A DNA stretch of 64,000 nucleotides from Gemmatimonadaceae bacterium (GCA_044224875.1 JBGAJQ010000012.1:39564-103563); one strand, 5' to 3'. Numbered from the stretch's first letter, positions 1-11,700 are shown. The notes: generated by a model from the letters alone, not told the origin. Numbers and translations are program-made.

Positions 1-22
1 CGCCTGTCCCTCGCTTTTCGTC

Positions 23-2392
23 ATGTACACGGTTCGACCTGTGGGCCTCCCCCTCGCGGCCCTCTTCACGCTGTTTCACGTAGCGCAGCTACCGGCGCAA
101 GGCGTCTTTCATGCCCGAAAGGGGCAGACGACGGCGCACATTCCTCGGCTGGATGCCACGGCCGTCATCGACGGCCGGCTCGACGAAGGGGCGTGGAATA
201 GCGCGGCGCTGCTCACGGGGTTTTCGGCGTACCTGCCACTCGACAATCGGCCCGCTGCCGACTCGACGGAGGTGCGGCTCTGGTACACGCCCACCGACCT
301 TTACGTCGGCATCCGCGCCTGGGAGACGCACGGTCCGGTGCACGCCACGCTCGCCGCCCGCGACAAGTCGGATAGCGACGACAACGTCCAGCTCCTGATC
401 GATCCCTTCAATGACCGCCGCCGCGCCTTTGTCTTTGGGGTGAATCCTCTGGGCGTTCAAACTGACGGCATGCGAACCGACGGCGGGAACACACCGCAGC
501 CGAGGGGGCAGACATTTGGCGGTAATCCTCCAGCCAACATCGACCTCAACCCCGACTTTGTGTTCGAGTCGAAGGGTCGACTCGTCAATGAGGGGTACGA
601 GGTGGAGGTTCGTATCCCGTTCAAGAGCATTCGCTTTCAAGGCACGGATGAGCAGACGTGGGGCTTTCAGGTCCTGCGTTTCGTCCAGCACTCGGGTTAT
701 CAGCAGACCTGGACCCCGGCCAGGCGCGGCTCGGCCGCCTTCATTAACCAGTCCGGCACCCTCACGGGCATTGCCGGGTTGCGCCGGGACATGGTGGCGG
801 AGTTCAACCCGGAGTTCACGGCTTCCCGGTCGGGTAGTGACCTCGACACCGCATATGCGTATGACGGCACTGCGGCGTTAGGTGGCAACCTGCGCTGGCG
901 CGTGATACCCAATCTCACGTTGAACGCCACGGTACGCCCCGATTTCTCGCAGGTGGAGGCGGATGCGGCACAGATTCCGGGAGACACGCGCTTTTCCCTG
1001 TTCTTTCCGGAAAAGCGACCGTTCTTTGTGGATGGGATCGAACAATTCGACGCGCCGGCGAACCTGATCTATACCCGGCGCATCGTGCAACCGGACGGCG
1101 CGGTGAAGCTGTCGGGGAAGTTTGGCCGCACAAACGTCGCGATGTTGTCGGCACTGGACGCCAGGTCGTCATCGTCGACGGGAACGGACCGCCCGCTCTT
1201 CACACTGCTTCGGGTCAAGCGCGACATCTTCGGCAGCTCCACCGCTGGGATGACCTTTACCGACCGCCAGGAGGGTTCACACTACAACCGCGTCGGCTCA
1301 CTCGACTCGCGATTGGTTTGGCGCCGAGCGTACTCGTTGAACCTGACTGGCTCCCTGAGCAGCACGCGGAACGACAGTGGGACGCACACGGCACCGCAAT
1401 GGGACATTAGCGCGTCGCGCTCTGGGTATCGGTTCGGTTATCTCTACTCGTTTACCGGGTTCGACCCGCACTTCGAGGCACAGGCCGGCTTCGTCCCGCG
1501 GAATGATTTCATTCGCACGCAGTTCTATAATCGCGTGACGTTCTATGGACAACCGGGTGCCTTCGTGGAGAGCTGGTTGATCCGACAGGGTGCCGACTGG
1601 TTGTGGCTGTGGGACGGCTTTCGAAAGGGAGACGCTGTCCAGGAAACCAAGGTGCAGCTGGAGAACGTCATCAACCTGCGCGGTGGGTGGATCATCAGTG
1701 TCACACCGGTGAGCGAGGGTTTTCGCTTCGACCAACGCTCCTTTTCTGGCTATCGCGTCTTGCGGCAGCCGCGGACTGAGTTCAGTGCCCCGGACACACT
1801 CCCCTTCGCGGTCGGCGACAAGGTGCAGACGGCCGAGGCGCTGCTACGCGTGACCACTCCGCAGTATCGGTTTCTCTCTGGGCGATTCAGCTCCGTGCTC
1901 GGTCGCGACGTCAACTTCTTTGAAACCACGCCCGCGCACCGAACCGATCTCACGGCCGATATCGACTTTCGCCCTTCGGCCCAGCTTCGCGTCACCACGT
2001 CGTACCTCTACAGCGTGTACACGCGCTGGAGCGACAACTCGACATTCTCCACCGCCAACGTTCCGCGCCTCAAGGTGGAGTACCAACTCGGACGGCCCCT
2101 CTTTCTGCGCTTTGTTGGACAGTACGACAACCGCAAGCGCGACGCGCTGCGCGACTCTCGCACGGGGGAACCACTGCTGACAACGGTCAACAACACGCTG
2201 CAGCTGGCGGGAAAGTCTGCGACGCGCGATTTCCGCGCCGACTGGCTGCTGTCATTCGTGCCCAACCCCGGCACGGTGATCTTTGCCGGGTACGGCGCCT
2301 CGCTCACAGAGCCAGACGCCTTCCGATTCAGGGAGCTCCAGCGGGTGCGAGACGGCTTCTTCATCAAGCTCAGCTACCTCTTCCGCACCTGA
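23..2392 (+). CDS. Secreted CBM9-like/DUF5916 domain protein (probable outer-membrane beta-barrel C-terminus)
   Basis: Signal peptide; IDGRLDEGAW CBM9-like start; NATVRPDFSQVEAD and FFPEKRPFF motifs typical of DUF5916; ends FFIKLSYLFR. Confidence 0.8.
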   Translation: MYTVRPVGLPLAALFTLFHVAQLPAQGVFHARKGQTTAHIPRLDATAVIDGRLDEGAWNSAALLTGFSAYLPLDNRPAADSTEVRLWYTPTDLYVGIRAWETHGPVHATLAARDKSDSDDNVQLLIDPFNDRRRAFVFGVNPLGVQTDGMRTDGGNTPQPRGQTFGGNPPANIDLNPDFVFESKGRLVNEGYEVEVRIPFKSIRFQGTDEQTWGFQVLRFVQHSGYQQTWTPARRGSAAFINQSGTLTGIAGLRRDMVAEFNPEFTASRSGSDLDTAYAYDGTAALGGNLRWRVIPNLTLNATVRPDFSQVEADAAQIPGDTRFSLFFPEKRPFFVDGIEQFDAPANLIYTRRIVQPDGAVKLSGKFGRTNVAMLSALDARSSSSTGTDRPLFTLLRVKRDIFGSSTAGMTFTDRQEGSHYNRVGSLDSRLVWRRAYSLNLTGSLSSTRNDSGTHTAPQWDISASRSGYRFGYLYSFTGFDPHFEAQAGFVPRNDFIRTQFYNRVTFYGQPGAFVESWLIRQGADWLWLWDGFRKGDAVQETKVQLENVINLRGGWIISVTPVSEGFRFDQRSFSGYRVLRQPRTEFSAPDTLPFAVGDKVQTAEALLRVTTPQYRFLSGRFSSVLGRDVNFFETTPAHRTDLTADIDFRPSAQLRVTTSYLYSVYTRWSDNSTFSTANVPRLKVEYQLGRPLFLRFVGQYDNRKRDALRDSRTGEPLLTTVNNTLQLAGKSATRDFRADWLLSFVPNPGTVIFAGYGASLTEPDAFRFRELQRVRDGFFIKLSYLFRT

Positions 2393-2404
2393 GCGAGGCT
2401 GCGC

Positions 2405-3586
2405 TCAGCTCGAACCCCGCTCCGTAAACTCCCGCGACATCTGGATCACGTCGAAGTAGGACTGTATTCGTCCTTCGGTCATCGCTTTCAACAACTCTTG
2501 AATCGGCAGCAGCAACGTGGAGGAGCGCATGCCGAGCGTTGGTCCGGTGACCATCCCGCCATACCCGAAGACCGCGCGGATGAAGACCGAATTACTCGAC
2601 AAGGGCATCGTTCCCACGCTGGCATAGTATCGGGTCCATGCATCAGGCGTCTGGAACAGGTACTGCTCAACGTTCGACGTGTAGAACACGGCTACGCTCG
2701 CCTGATGCTCGCGCACCCATTGTCCCACGGCGCGCACGGCCTTGTCGCCGGCAAAGTCGCCAGTAATCGGGACGATGAGATTTCGCGCCTCGAGATCCTT
2801 GAGCACGCGAAAGTTCGCTTCGTTGGCCAGGTAGCTTCGCGCAACGCCACCGCTGTCCGTGGCCACCATCAACTCAGCGTAGGTGGGCATGGCGCGCCGA
2901 CCGTACGCTCCGTACGGCCCACGGCCGAAGCTGTACGTCAGGTCCGGACCGCCCAGCATGAACGCGGTGTGCACGTACTTCAGCGCGGCCAGGTCCTCGT
3001 CACTCAGCGTGAAGCCGTGGGTCTTCGTTAGGCGACTCACCAGCGACGCGTGCAACTTGTCGAAGCCGGCGCTGTCCGCGGCCACCTTTTGGTACGCCAG
3101 CAGCATGACTTCGGCAGTGCTGGCCGTATCCACATTCGCCGGCCTGGGACGGGAAAAGAGCATGGAAAGGAACTGCCCCCGGTCCTGGGCAATCTCGATC
3201 ATCGCCTTGTACAGGAGATGCTGCAGCATGTTCTGCCGCCGAATGTCGATCACGAAGGCGATGGCAGGACGAAGCGACGTGATGTACGTGAAGTTTTGAT
3301 CGGGCCCCACACCGACGTACACGGAGCCCGGCGGGACGAACTCCTGCAGCCGTGGGATCACGGTCTGAAAGGCAGTCTCGTTGGAGACGAAGTTGTCGGA
3401 ACGGAAGTAGCCACCGGGTTCCGACATCTCCGTGACCATCTGCCAGAACGTCCTGTCGTCGAGCCGCGCTGGAATCGTCTGGGCTCGACTCGTCGAGAGC
3501 GGCGCCACGCCGAGAACCAGCAGCAGGGCGCATCGCATAGCTCCCAACCGTGACCGGGGCCTGGATGCTCGAGCCGTTTTCGTCAC
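2405..3586 (-). CDS. Conserved secreted hypothetical protein
   Basis: 393-aa ORF with GGAGGG RBS before GTG; signal peptide; motifs SEPGGYFRSDNFVSNE, YVGVGPDQNFTYI, FYTSNVEQYLF. Confidence 0.65.
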   Translation of the reverse strand: MTKTARASRPRSRLGAMRCALLLVLGVAPLSTSRAQTIPARLDDRTFWQMVTEMSEPGGYFRSDNFVSNETAFQTVIPRLQEFVPPGSVYVGVGPDQNFTYITSLRPAIAFVIDIRRQNMLQHLLYKAMIEIAQDRGQFLSMLFSRPRPANVDTASTAEVMLLAYQKVAADSAGFDKLHASLVSRLTKTHGFTLSDEDLAALKYVHTAFMLGGPDLTYSFGRGPYGAYGRRAMPTYAELMVATDSGGVARSYLANEANFRVLKDLEARNLIVPITGDFAGDKAVRAVGQWVREHQASVAVFYTSNVEQYLFQTPDAWTRYYASVGTMPLSSNSVFIRAVFGYGGMVTGPTLGMRSSTLLLPIQELLKAMTEGRIQSYFDVIQMSREFTERGSS

Positions 3587-3709
3587 GTTCCCTCCGTGCC
3601 TAACGACCGGCGCCGCGTTCCGCAGATGGGCGCTTCGGGTGCCGGGCGTCTCGCAAGCTGCGGTCCGGTCGCTGCGCTGTAAAGTGCGCCTGCCCCGGCC
3701 CGGCTCGCC

Positions 3710-4477
3710 TTATCCCTCCGTTGGCTGACCACGCCCCCCGGCCATAACCGACTCCGCGTAGAGTATTCCCCGCGGCGTCCGCGACCCGTGCCACGACAGC
3801 AATTCCCCGTCCACAATCCGGAACCGGTCGACGGCCAAGCCGGTCTGCTCGGCCAGTTCGTCGGCGTGCCGGTCGGTGAACGGGAACGGTTCGGTGGAGA
3901 GCAGGACCAATTCGGGGTGCGCCTCCGTCAGCTCAATAGGTGTCACCACAGGATACCGCACCGGACGTTTCCCGAACACGTTCTCCCCACCAGGGAGCTT
4001 CAACATCTCGGCGACGAACGTATCATCGCTCACCGTCATCCATGGATCGCGCCAGATCAGGTACGCGTAGCGGACGCGCCGTGCCCCTGCCCTCGCGCGC
4101 ACGTCCCGCGCTTGCTGCTCGATGTCGGCGGCAATGCGCTCGCCGGCCTCCGCCCGTTGCACGTTTCGGGCAATGGCACGCACCATCGCCGCGGTCTCCT
4201 CGGGTGTGCGCGGAAGCGACGCATGCACGCGTACTCCCTGCTCACGAAGGACGTCCGCATCTTCACGACGGTTCTCCTCCTCGTTCATGAAGACAAGGTC
4301 CGGCTGCAGGGCCACGATCCGATCGATCTTCGGGTTCTTTGTTCCCCCGACCCGCTCGACACGATCGACGTCGCCAGCAGGGTGAATGCAGAACCTCGTA
4401 CGCCCGACCACCTGCTCCCCCACGCCAAGGTCAAAGAGAAGCTCAGTCAGGGATGGGCACAGGGAGACGAGCCGCAT
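3710..4477 (-). CDS. Helical-backbone metal/cobalamin-binding protein (BtuF-like), no signal peptide
   Basis: MRLVSLCPSLTELLFDLG, VGGTKNP, EEN, LLSTEPFPF, VDGELLSWHG motifs. Confidence 0.85.
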   Translation of the reverse strand: MRLVSLCPSLTELLFDLGVGEQVVGRTRFCIHPAGDVDRVERVGGTKNPKIDRIVALQPDLVFMNEEENRREDADVLREQGVRVHASLPRTPEETAAMVRAIARNVQRAEAGERIAADIEQQARDVRARAGARRVRYAYLIWRDPWMTVSDDTFVAEMLKLPGGENVFGKRPVRYPVVTPIELTEAHPELVLLSTEPFPFTDRHADELAEQTGLAVDRFRIVDGELLSWHGSRTPRGILYAESVMAGGRGQPTEG

Positions 4478-4481
4478 GCGC

Positions 4482-5009
4482 CTAACGAAGCAAGTCCAGC
4501 TCGGCGTTGATCAAGTCGAGCGGCACCTTCACCGTGATCGCGCGGGCTGACGGCGTCGCCCCGTCGGATGCTCCATCGTCGACTCCCGCTTCGGCACGCT
4601 CGTTCCAGGCGAAGGCTCCCCCGGCATTCAGCGGTGGCGCAATGCCTTCGCCACCCACACACACGGGCCATTGCATCACGCCGTCCCGCGCATGCACGCG
4701 CGCCACCCGAGCATGCACCAACCACGTGGACTTCTCACCGTACTCGAACTCCAGCTCGGAACCCAGATCCGGGAGCAGCTGACGGAGCCGGATCTCGCTC
4801 AGCTCCCCGTTCCGTCGTGCCGACTCGAACTGCACGCCCGACGCGTGAAAGGAAAACGGACGGCCTCCCGCCCAACCGAAGCACACGCAAATGAGGCGCT
4901 GTGCACGCGCGAGCGTTGCCCCGGAGGACACGCGAAGCATACGCCACACCGGAGACTCGACATCCGGGAGGGTCAGCAGAAGATCGAAGATGGGAGGGGC
5001 CGATGCCAT
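4482..5009 (-). CDS. Plasmid pRiA4b ORF3-like protein
   Basis: PVWRMLRV...TLARAQRLI...FGW...F and PVCVGGEGIAPP resemble the pRiA4b ORF3 family; somewhat degenerate. Confidence 0.6.
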   Translation of the reverse strand: MASAPPIFDLLLTLPDVESPVWRMLRVSSGATLARAQRLICVCFGWAGGRPFSFHASGVQFESARRNGELSEIRLRQLLPDLGSELEFEYGEKSTWLVHARVARVHARDGVMQWPVCVGGEGIAPPLNAGGAFAWNERAEAGVDDGASDGATPSARAITVKVPLDLINAELDLLR

Positions 5010-5213
5010 TCGCGTGTATCCGATAGCGGACGGGCGGACTCCAACAGCGTCGCGCAGCTAGCCTCTGTACCCTGAATGTAGGAGCCTGATCAAGTGGTGG
5101 CACGCGGACCGCTTTACGACGTTCGGGCACCGCGTTCTATTCCGACAGTGGTCAACGGTACACATCATGCCTTCGGCACAGGATCCTGCGCGCCACGCAT
5201 CGGTAGTAGCGTC

Positions 5214-6980
5214 ATGACGATGCGCCGTTTCGTTCCACTTTGGCTGCTCTTCTGCAGCAGCCTTCTGGCGATCCCAGCTCGGGCCCAAGTTCTGGATGTG
5301 CGCACGGTGACCCCCGACGCCGCCGGACCTTCGTCGGCGTCGCTGAAGGGGGCGCAACTCGGCTTTGAGGCGTTCCGGCGCGACCACCTCCTCGACATGA
5401 GCGTGGGCCGGGGGATCAACGGAACCTGTGACGAGCAAGTCGGGCGCTTCTGCTACTGGTACGACGATCGCTCGCCGCCGCCACCGAACGATCCCGTCAT
5501 CATCAAGGAGGCACGGGACAAGTTCATCGCCCGGCTGGACTCGAACGCGCGCGCATTTCCTGCCGAGCGCTGGACGTCTGGACAGTTGGTTCGGTACCTG
5601 ACGGAGGCGGGCCGATTCACCGAGGCGGTGGACGCGGCCAAGCGCTGTCGTGTTGAGGGATGGTGGTGTTTCGGGTTACGCGGCTTCGCGTTTCACATGG
5701 CCGGGGACTATCTGCTGGCCGACTCGGCATACGCGCACGCGTTGGCCCTGATGCCTGAACGCGACCAGTGTGACTGGCGCGACTTGAAGTTGCTGCTGGA
5801 CGACGTCCTGTTGAAGGACTACCGGGAGTTCAGCTGCGCGCGAAGTGCTGCGTTCGAGAGCCGGGTGTGGTGGTTGTCGCGACCGATGCTGTCATCGGCA
5901 GGGAACGATGCCCGCACCGAATACTACTCCCGGCTCATGTACACGAAGTTCCTGGAAGACGGGCCCAGCGTACACGCGTTTGAGTTTGACGCCGACGAAC
6001 GCGAGTTGCTGCTGCGCTATGGCTGGCCACGGACGTGGACGCGGGAGGGTTCGGCGATTGGCCCATTCGGCGCACGTGGGAATATCACGGGCCATGAGCC
6101 GACGCCGGCGCACCCCATGTTGCCCATGGCAACGTCCGTGCGGAACCCCGCCCTCTCCGATTCGTTAGGCTGGCGAGGGAAGGGCCTGCCCGGTGTGCGG
6201 GCGAGGTATCATGCCGACTATGCGCGGCGCCTGCTGGCCCTGCCGCATCAAGCCGCGTTGTTTCGTCGCGGTGACACGGCACAAGTTGTGCTCGCCTACG
6301 ACGTCGGCGATGACACGGCGTTCACATCGGCAGCCACGTCCAAGCACCTGACGGCGGCGTTGGTGCTGACGAGGGGCGAGGAGCGGGATGCGACCATCGT
6401 GCGGCTGGACGCCGCGCAAACCACCGGCGTGCTGGTCGCGCGTGCGCCCTGGGGACCTACACTCATCAGCGCCGAGGTGGCGGCACCCGACGCCCATGTG
6501 CTGTCGCGGGCGCGATACGGTTTGCGGGCGTCCGACATGCCGGGTGCGCGCGTGCAGGTGTCGGATCTCTTGCTGTTCGATCCGTATCAGGACATGCCGA
6601 ACCGCCTGGAAGACGTGGTGCCACACGCACGTTCCAGTGTGTCCCTCAAGGCGGACACCAAGGTCGGGATCTACTGGGAGACGTACAACACGCGGCCCAC
6701 GGGTGAGGGCATGCAGGTTTCCATCACCGTGGCCCCAGAAGAACAGGAAGGGGGCAATTGGCTGCGCAAGGGTCTCACGGCCTTGCGCCTGGTCCGCGAG
6801 GCGAAACCGATCTCCGTAGGAATGCGCGATGTGTCGGCACGCGGTCTCGGGTATACCCCCCGTTCCGTGGTCGTGGACCTGGCCACGTTAAAGCCTGGTC
6901 GCTATGCGTTGGAGCTGGAAGTCACCGCCGACGGCACGATTCCCGTGCGCTCATCCCGGATCATCAACATCGTGCGCTAA
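5214..6980 (+). CDS. Secreted hypothetical protein with Cys pairs and a GWxTD-like segment
   Basis: Signal peptide (MRRFVPLWLL...ARA-Q); ERELLLRYGWP; Ig-like C-terminus (LKPGRYALELEV). Confidence 0.55.
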   Translation: MTMRRFVPLWLLFCSSLLAIPARAQVLDVRTVTPDAAGPSSASLKGAQLGFEAFRRDHLLDMSVGRGINGTCDEQVGRFCYWYDDRSPPPPNDPVIIKEARDKFIARLDSNARAFPAERWTSGQLVRYLTEAGRFTEAVDAAKRCRVEGWWCFGLRGFAFHMAGDYLLADSAYAHALALMPERDQCDWRDLKLLLDDVLLKDYREFSCARSAAFESRVWWLSRPMLSSAGNDARTEYYSRLMYTKFLEDGPSVHAFEFDADERELLLRYGWPRTWTREGSAIGPFGARGNITGHEPTPAHPMLPMATSVRNPALSDSLGWRGKGLPGVRARYHADYARRLLALPHQAALFRRGDTAQVVLAYDVGDDTAFTSAATSKHLTAALVLTRGEERDATIVRLDAAQTTGVLVARAPWGPTLISAEVAAPDAHVLSRARYGLRASDMPGARVQVSDLLLFDPYQDMPNRLEDVVPHARSSVSLKADTKVGIYWETYNTRPTGEGMQVSITVAPEEQEGGNWLRKGLTALRLVREAKPISVGMRDVSARGLGYTPRSVVVDLATLKPGRYALELEVTADGTIPVRSSRIINIVR

Positions 6981-7087
6981 GGCGAGGTGCGCTGGCGATT
7001 GCGGGATGCGTTGCTGGCGCCGACGGCCAGAGACATCGACCACGACAGGCGCCGGACATCCAGCTCACGCGCACCGCGCGCCCCCGG

Positions 7088-8308
7088 TCACGGCAAGGGC
7101 AATCTCACGAATCGCGGACGGTAGATGTCGGCGAACTGGAAGTGCTCGGCAAAGACCGTGGTGTTGACGTGATACGAGATGAGCAACTCACCAGGCTGCG
7201 ACAGGTGCGGGTGCGCCTTCGCTCCATAGACGAGGATGTTCGGCGTGAGTGTGATCTCGGGACAATGCCAGATGGGGATCGGGGCATCCCACGGCCCTAC
7301 CGGCGACGCCCCGTAGCGCACGGCAATGTCGGCACCTAACGCGTCGAGCTGGAACACCATCAGATAGCGACCGTCGGCCAAGGGCGTCACGCTGAACTCC
7401 GACGACATCCGGTTCGTGAGTGGCACGGCGCTGGCGATTTGCGTATTCCAGGTGGCGCCATCCCAGAAGCGATATCGCGAGAAGGTCCCTATATCCTTGG
7501 GTTTCACGCGGGCAACCAGGAGCTTCTTGCTGAAATCGTTGCGCAGGCCGTAGATGTACACGTAACCGTCGGCGAACGGCGCGCCCGCGGCGGCGGTATT
7601 CGGCATGAGCGCCTGCCCAAAGATCACCTCGCCATGCCCGCCGGCTGCCGGCAGGTACAACGGCGCGACTGCCTGCTTGTATGTGGAGAAGGGCGTGGGA
7701 TTCGAGACATTGTCCGACAGGATCGATATCCCATCGGTCGCGAATGCGAAGGGGGGTGTGCCGCCGGGCTTCATTCGAAGGCTGAAGAGGACGTATTTGG
7801 TCCCCACGACCATCCCGTCGTTTGGCCAGAACCAGTGCTGGGACGACGTGTTGGGAATGATCCGCGCCCGTGGTGCGCCGCCTCCGGTCGTGCTCCAAAT
7901 GAACTGCATCTTCGTGGAGTCTGGCTGATCGCCCTGCAACATCGCGATGGCGTTGTTCACGATGGTCGAGCCGGCCGTGCGTGATCCTTGCGGCGTTACC
8001 CCCCCAATGAACGTGTCGTTGAACCACCAGAGCGTGGTGCCGTTCGCTCCACTTCCTCGACGCTCGTCACCAGAGATCGGAATCGTGTATACGCCGTCTG
8101 CCCCCGTCCAACCACTCGTGCGATCGAACAACCTCGTCCAGTCGTCAGCCGCAACGGCGGAGTACGGCGTTACGTCCTGCAGGGAGGCGCGCGACTCCAC
8201 AGCCGGCCCGGATATCGCAGAGGCCGCGCCCTTCGCTTCCAGGCCGCAGCCGGTCGCCAACCAGGTGAGCGCGCACAGGCGTCCTACAACAGTCAGGTAG
8301 CTCATCAT
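7088..8308 (-). CDS. DUF4185/DUF5005-like beta-propeller lipoprotein (putative glycosidase)
   Basis: Lipobox LATGC after ATG 8308; GWTGADGVY, WWFNDTFIG, GYVYIYG, YRFWDGATW, YGAKAHP, YRPRF motifs. Confidence 0.65.
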   Translation of the reverse strand: MMSYLTVVGRLCALTWLATGCGLEAKGAASAISGPAVESRASLQDVTPYSAVAADDWTRLFDRTSGWTGADGVYTIPISGDERRGSGANGTTLWWFNDTFIGGVTPQGSRTAGSTIVNNAIAMLQGDQPDSTKMQFIWSTTGGGAPRARIIPNTSSQHWFWPNDGMVVGTKYVLFSLRMKPGGTPPFAFATDGISILSDNVSNPTPFSTYKQAVAPLYLPAAGGHGEVIFGQALMPNTAAAGAPFADGYVYIYGLRNDFSKKLLVARVKPKDIGTFSRYRFWDGATWNTQIASAVPLTNRMSSEFSVTPLADGRYLMVFQLDALGADIAVRYGASPVGPWDAPIPIWHCPEITLTPNILVYGAKAHPHLSQPGELLISYHVNTTVFAEHFQFADIYRPRFVRLPLP

Positions 8309-8442
8309 CTCCGAACCTAGCGCACGGATCAGGGCCTCGAAAAGCAGGACGCGGCCCGAACCGATCCAGTGGAAGCCCTTCGCGTACGAGGACGCGCGCT
8401 TCGCCCACCAAGAACGCATCGGTCGCATGGCATTGAGCGATC

Positions 8443-8625
8443 GTGCGAACGGGAAATTCGGTCATTTTGCCCGAATTGCGGGTCTGGTTTTCGATCAGAC
8501 TGCGTCAGCGACGAATCGCAAACGCACACTTCGGCCTTCGGCTGAGAGGAAGAATTTGGGATGATCTCGAGCTGAACACGAGCGCGAGGCGCGAGGTCGT
8601 TCGCGCTGGCAGCAACTGGACTTAG
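8443..8625 (+). CDS. Small Arg-rich peptide ORF ending RREVVRAGSNWT (putative signal/precursor peptide)
   Basis: 60-codon ORF (GTG start; internal TTG starts possible) filling the intergenic gap and co-oriented 148 bp upstream of the TPR/HD-GYP/GGDEF gene. Confidence 0.5.
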   Translation: MRTGNSVILPELRVWFSIRLRQRRIANAHFGLRLRGRIWDDLELNTSARREVVRAGSNWT

Positions 8626-8773
8626 CTGCACTCGCACACCCGCTCGTCATCTGTTCCCTCAGCAGTGGCCGATTCGTCTTTCTGTGCAGACGAGGTGACT
8701 GCGGCCGGCCCAACCGGCCCAGAATCCACCCGGCCGTGCGCCTTGCCAGCGAAGGCCGGATTGCTCCGCTCCA

Positions 8774-11700
8774 ATGACCGACACCGTTCGACCCGCAAAC
8801 GACGCATCCGCAGCCGATGCGCGCCGTCTTGCTTCTCCTGCGAATGCCGCGACGATCGAGTCGCTCATCGAACAGGGGCGGCTCGCGGAAGCGCGTGGTC
8901 AACGGGATTCGGCACGTGAGTTGTACGAACGCGCACTCCATCTCCTCGATCCATCCACCGGAGGCGAGCTCTCGGCATCTCTGTGGCTTGGCATCGGCCG
9001 CACACACTTCGACGCGGACAACCACACCGCTGCCCTCGATTGCGTGGAGTCGGTTCTTGCCCTCCCAACGTCGAGCATCTCGCACGCGGCGATCGCCTCG
9101 GCGTTGGAGCTGCGGGGGCGCGTGCGGTGGGCGCAAGGCAACCTGGAAGATGCACAAAACGACTTCCTGGGATCACGCCAGCGTGCGTTAGCCGGCGGAC
9201 AGACGGGGCAGGCCGCCGCTGGCAGCGCCAACCTCGCGGCGTTGGCCCTCATCCGCGGCGAGTTCTCGGCGGCCCTCCTGCTCTATGAGACCAGCCTTGC
9301 CGAGTATCGGACGTTAGGCGACGATGCCAGCATCGCCATGGTGCTGGGCCAGCTCGCCCCCCTGTACGCCGACCTTCGCCGGTGGAACGCCGCGGAGCAG
9401 GCCTTCGCGGAAGCCATGCAACTGGCGACCGCCCACAGCGATGCGCGGGCCTTACTGCGGTTGGAGCTGGCGAGGGCCGAAATGGCGATCGGTCGCTTCA
9501 ATTACGAGCGGGCCGGCGCCTCCTGCGCTCGCGCGCTTGAGTTGGCGAAGAAGCTCGAGCCGCAGTCTGGGTCGCATGCCCACGCACTGGCGCTCAATGG
9601 CGTGGTCGCCCGAGAACTCGGCGACCTGCCGCGAGCTGAGCGGTTGCTGGATCAGGCTGAGCGCATGGCGCTCGATGCAGACGACTTGCTCGTGGCTGCC
9701 GAGACCGCGCGCGAAAAGGCGGACTTGTTCGGGCGGCTGGACCGGCACCAGCACACACTGCTGGCGTTGAACAAGGCGTATCGCCTGCTATCTCAGATGC
9801 GCGGCCGGCGCACGTTGTTGCAGATCGCCCGCCGGCTGCATCGTCTGGAAGAGGGGTTTGTCGACGTCGTGCGCCGCTGGGCGCAGCGCATCGAGTCCAA
9901 GGACCACGCCACCGCCGGCCACTGCGACCGCGTCGCTGAATGGACGACCGCATTGGCCCGCCGCATGGGCGTCGATGGCACGACGCTCTTCTGGTATCGC
10001 GTGGGGGCACTTCTCCACGACATCGGCAAGCTCGCCATCCCCGCCGCGGTGTTGAACAAGGCCGGACGTCTCTCCGCGGACGAATGGGCGCTGGTGAAAC
10101 GGCACCCCACGTTAGGTGCGGAGATGCTCACCGACGTCGACTTTCCGTGGGAAGTACGGCCGATCGTCGAATCCCACCATGAGTGCTGGGATGGTTCCGG
10201 CTATCCCCATGGTCTCTCCGGCAACCAGATTCCGCTGGCCGCGCGCATCTTTCACGTCGCCGACGTCTTTGATGCGCTCATCACGCGCCGGTCGTTCAAG
10301 CAGGCGTTGAGTCCCGAGGAAGCGATCGACGTCATGCGCAAGGACGTTGGGCGTCAGTTTGACCCGGCCGTGTTCAAGGCATTTGAAGAGCTGGTCCAGG
10401 AGCGCGGGGCGTCGGCGATGGCGGCTCCGAGCGTACGGGACGCAATCCACGTCATCGACGACACGCTGACGGCGGTCCCCGATCGCCGTTCGTTCTTTCA
10501 GACGGCGCGTGAGACACTGGCCGCACGGCGTGGCACGGCCCGGAGCGTCTCGATGCTCGCGGTCGACGTCGACCACTTCCGCCTGATCAACGACGCCTAC
10601 GGCCGCCTGCAGGGAGACGACCTGCTGTGGGCGCTAGCCAAGGTCCTCCAGCGGGGAGTTCGAGCTGGCGACGTCGTCGGCCGCCGCGGCGAGGATGAAT
10701 TCCTCGTCCTGCTTCCTGACGCGTCGCCGAAGGTGGCCAACGAGGTCGCCGAGCGGCTGCGCGCCGCGGCAGAGGCGATGCGCTGCGTGCGTCGCGATGC
10801 GCCCGACGAGACGATCGCGCTCACCATCTCGATCGGCATTGCCAACGCACCGGCCGACGGGGATACGGCGGAAACACTCGCCGCGGGCGCCGACCGCGCG
10901 CTGTTCCGCGCCAAGCGCGCCGGACGGAATCGCGTCGTCGCCGATGAGCATGAGGCCACCGAGGGTATCGGCGCCCGTCTGTCGCTCGATCACTTCGTCG
11001 GGCGCGAAGAGGAGGTCAGGCAGCTGGTGACCTTGTTGGACTCCGCCGGGCGCGCGGATCCTCAGTTCGTCACGATCGTTGGCGAAGCGGGCATCGGCAA
11101 GTCCGCACTCCTTCGTCAGCTCGATCCAGAGGTTCGACTGCGCGGCGCGGCGGTGGTGGTCGGCCAGTGTGCGGACGGCGAGATCAAGAGCCCACTCGCC
11201 CCATGGGTCTCGATTATTGAACGTCTGCACGAACGCGGAGCGGTTCCATCCCGCGAATGGCTGGCATTGTCGCAGCTGATCCCGGCGCTTCGACTTCCAG
11301 GTCTGGAGCCGGCAACCGCACCGACGTCGTCGCAGCTCATCGACGAGATCGTGCGGTACGTCCAGCTGGCGACGCGCGCGCACCCGCTGGTTCTCGTCAT
11401 CGAGGACGCGCACTGGGCGGACTCGGCGACCTGGGATGCCTTGGAAGCGCTCGCCGGCGCCGTGCAGCGAGAACGACTGCTCGTGTGCCTGACCATGCGA
11501 GCGGAGGAAGCGCGTGCCGTCGCGGATCGGCGCAAGCGACTGGGGCAACGTCGTCCCGTCCAGCAGCTGTCACTCCAGCGACTGTCGGTGGATGACTTGC
11601 GGCGTTGGGTTCAAGCCGCGTTCCATGACGGCGCGTTGGGTGACGAGTTCCCGGCGTTTCTTTACGAATACACCGAAGGGATTCCGCTCTACATCATCCA

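Noticed and set aside
4482..5009. pRiA4b ORF3-like gene as evidence of a plasmid or IS element
   Set aside because: No transposase, replication gene or terminal repeats nearby; the family also occurs on chromosomes
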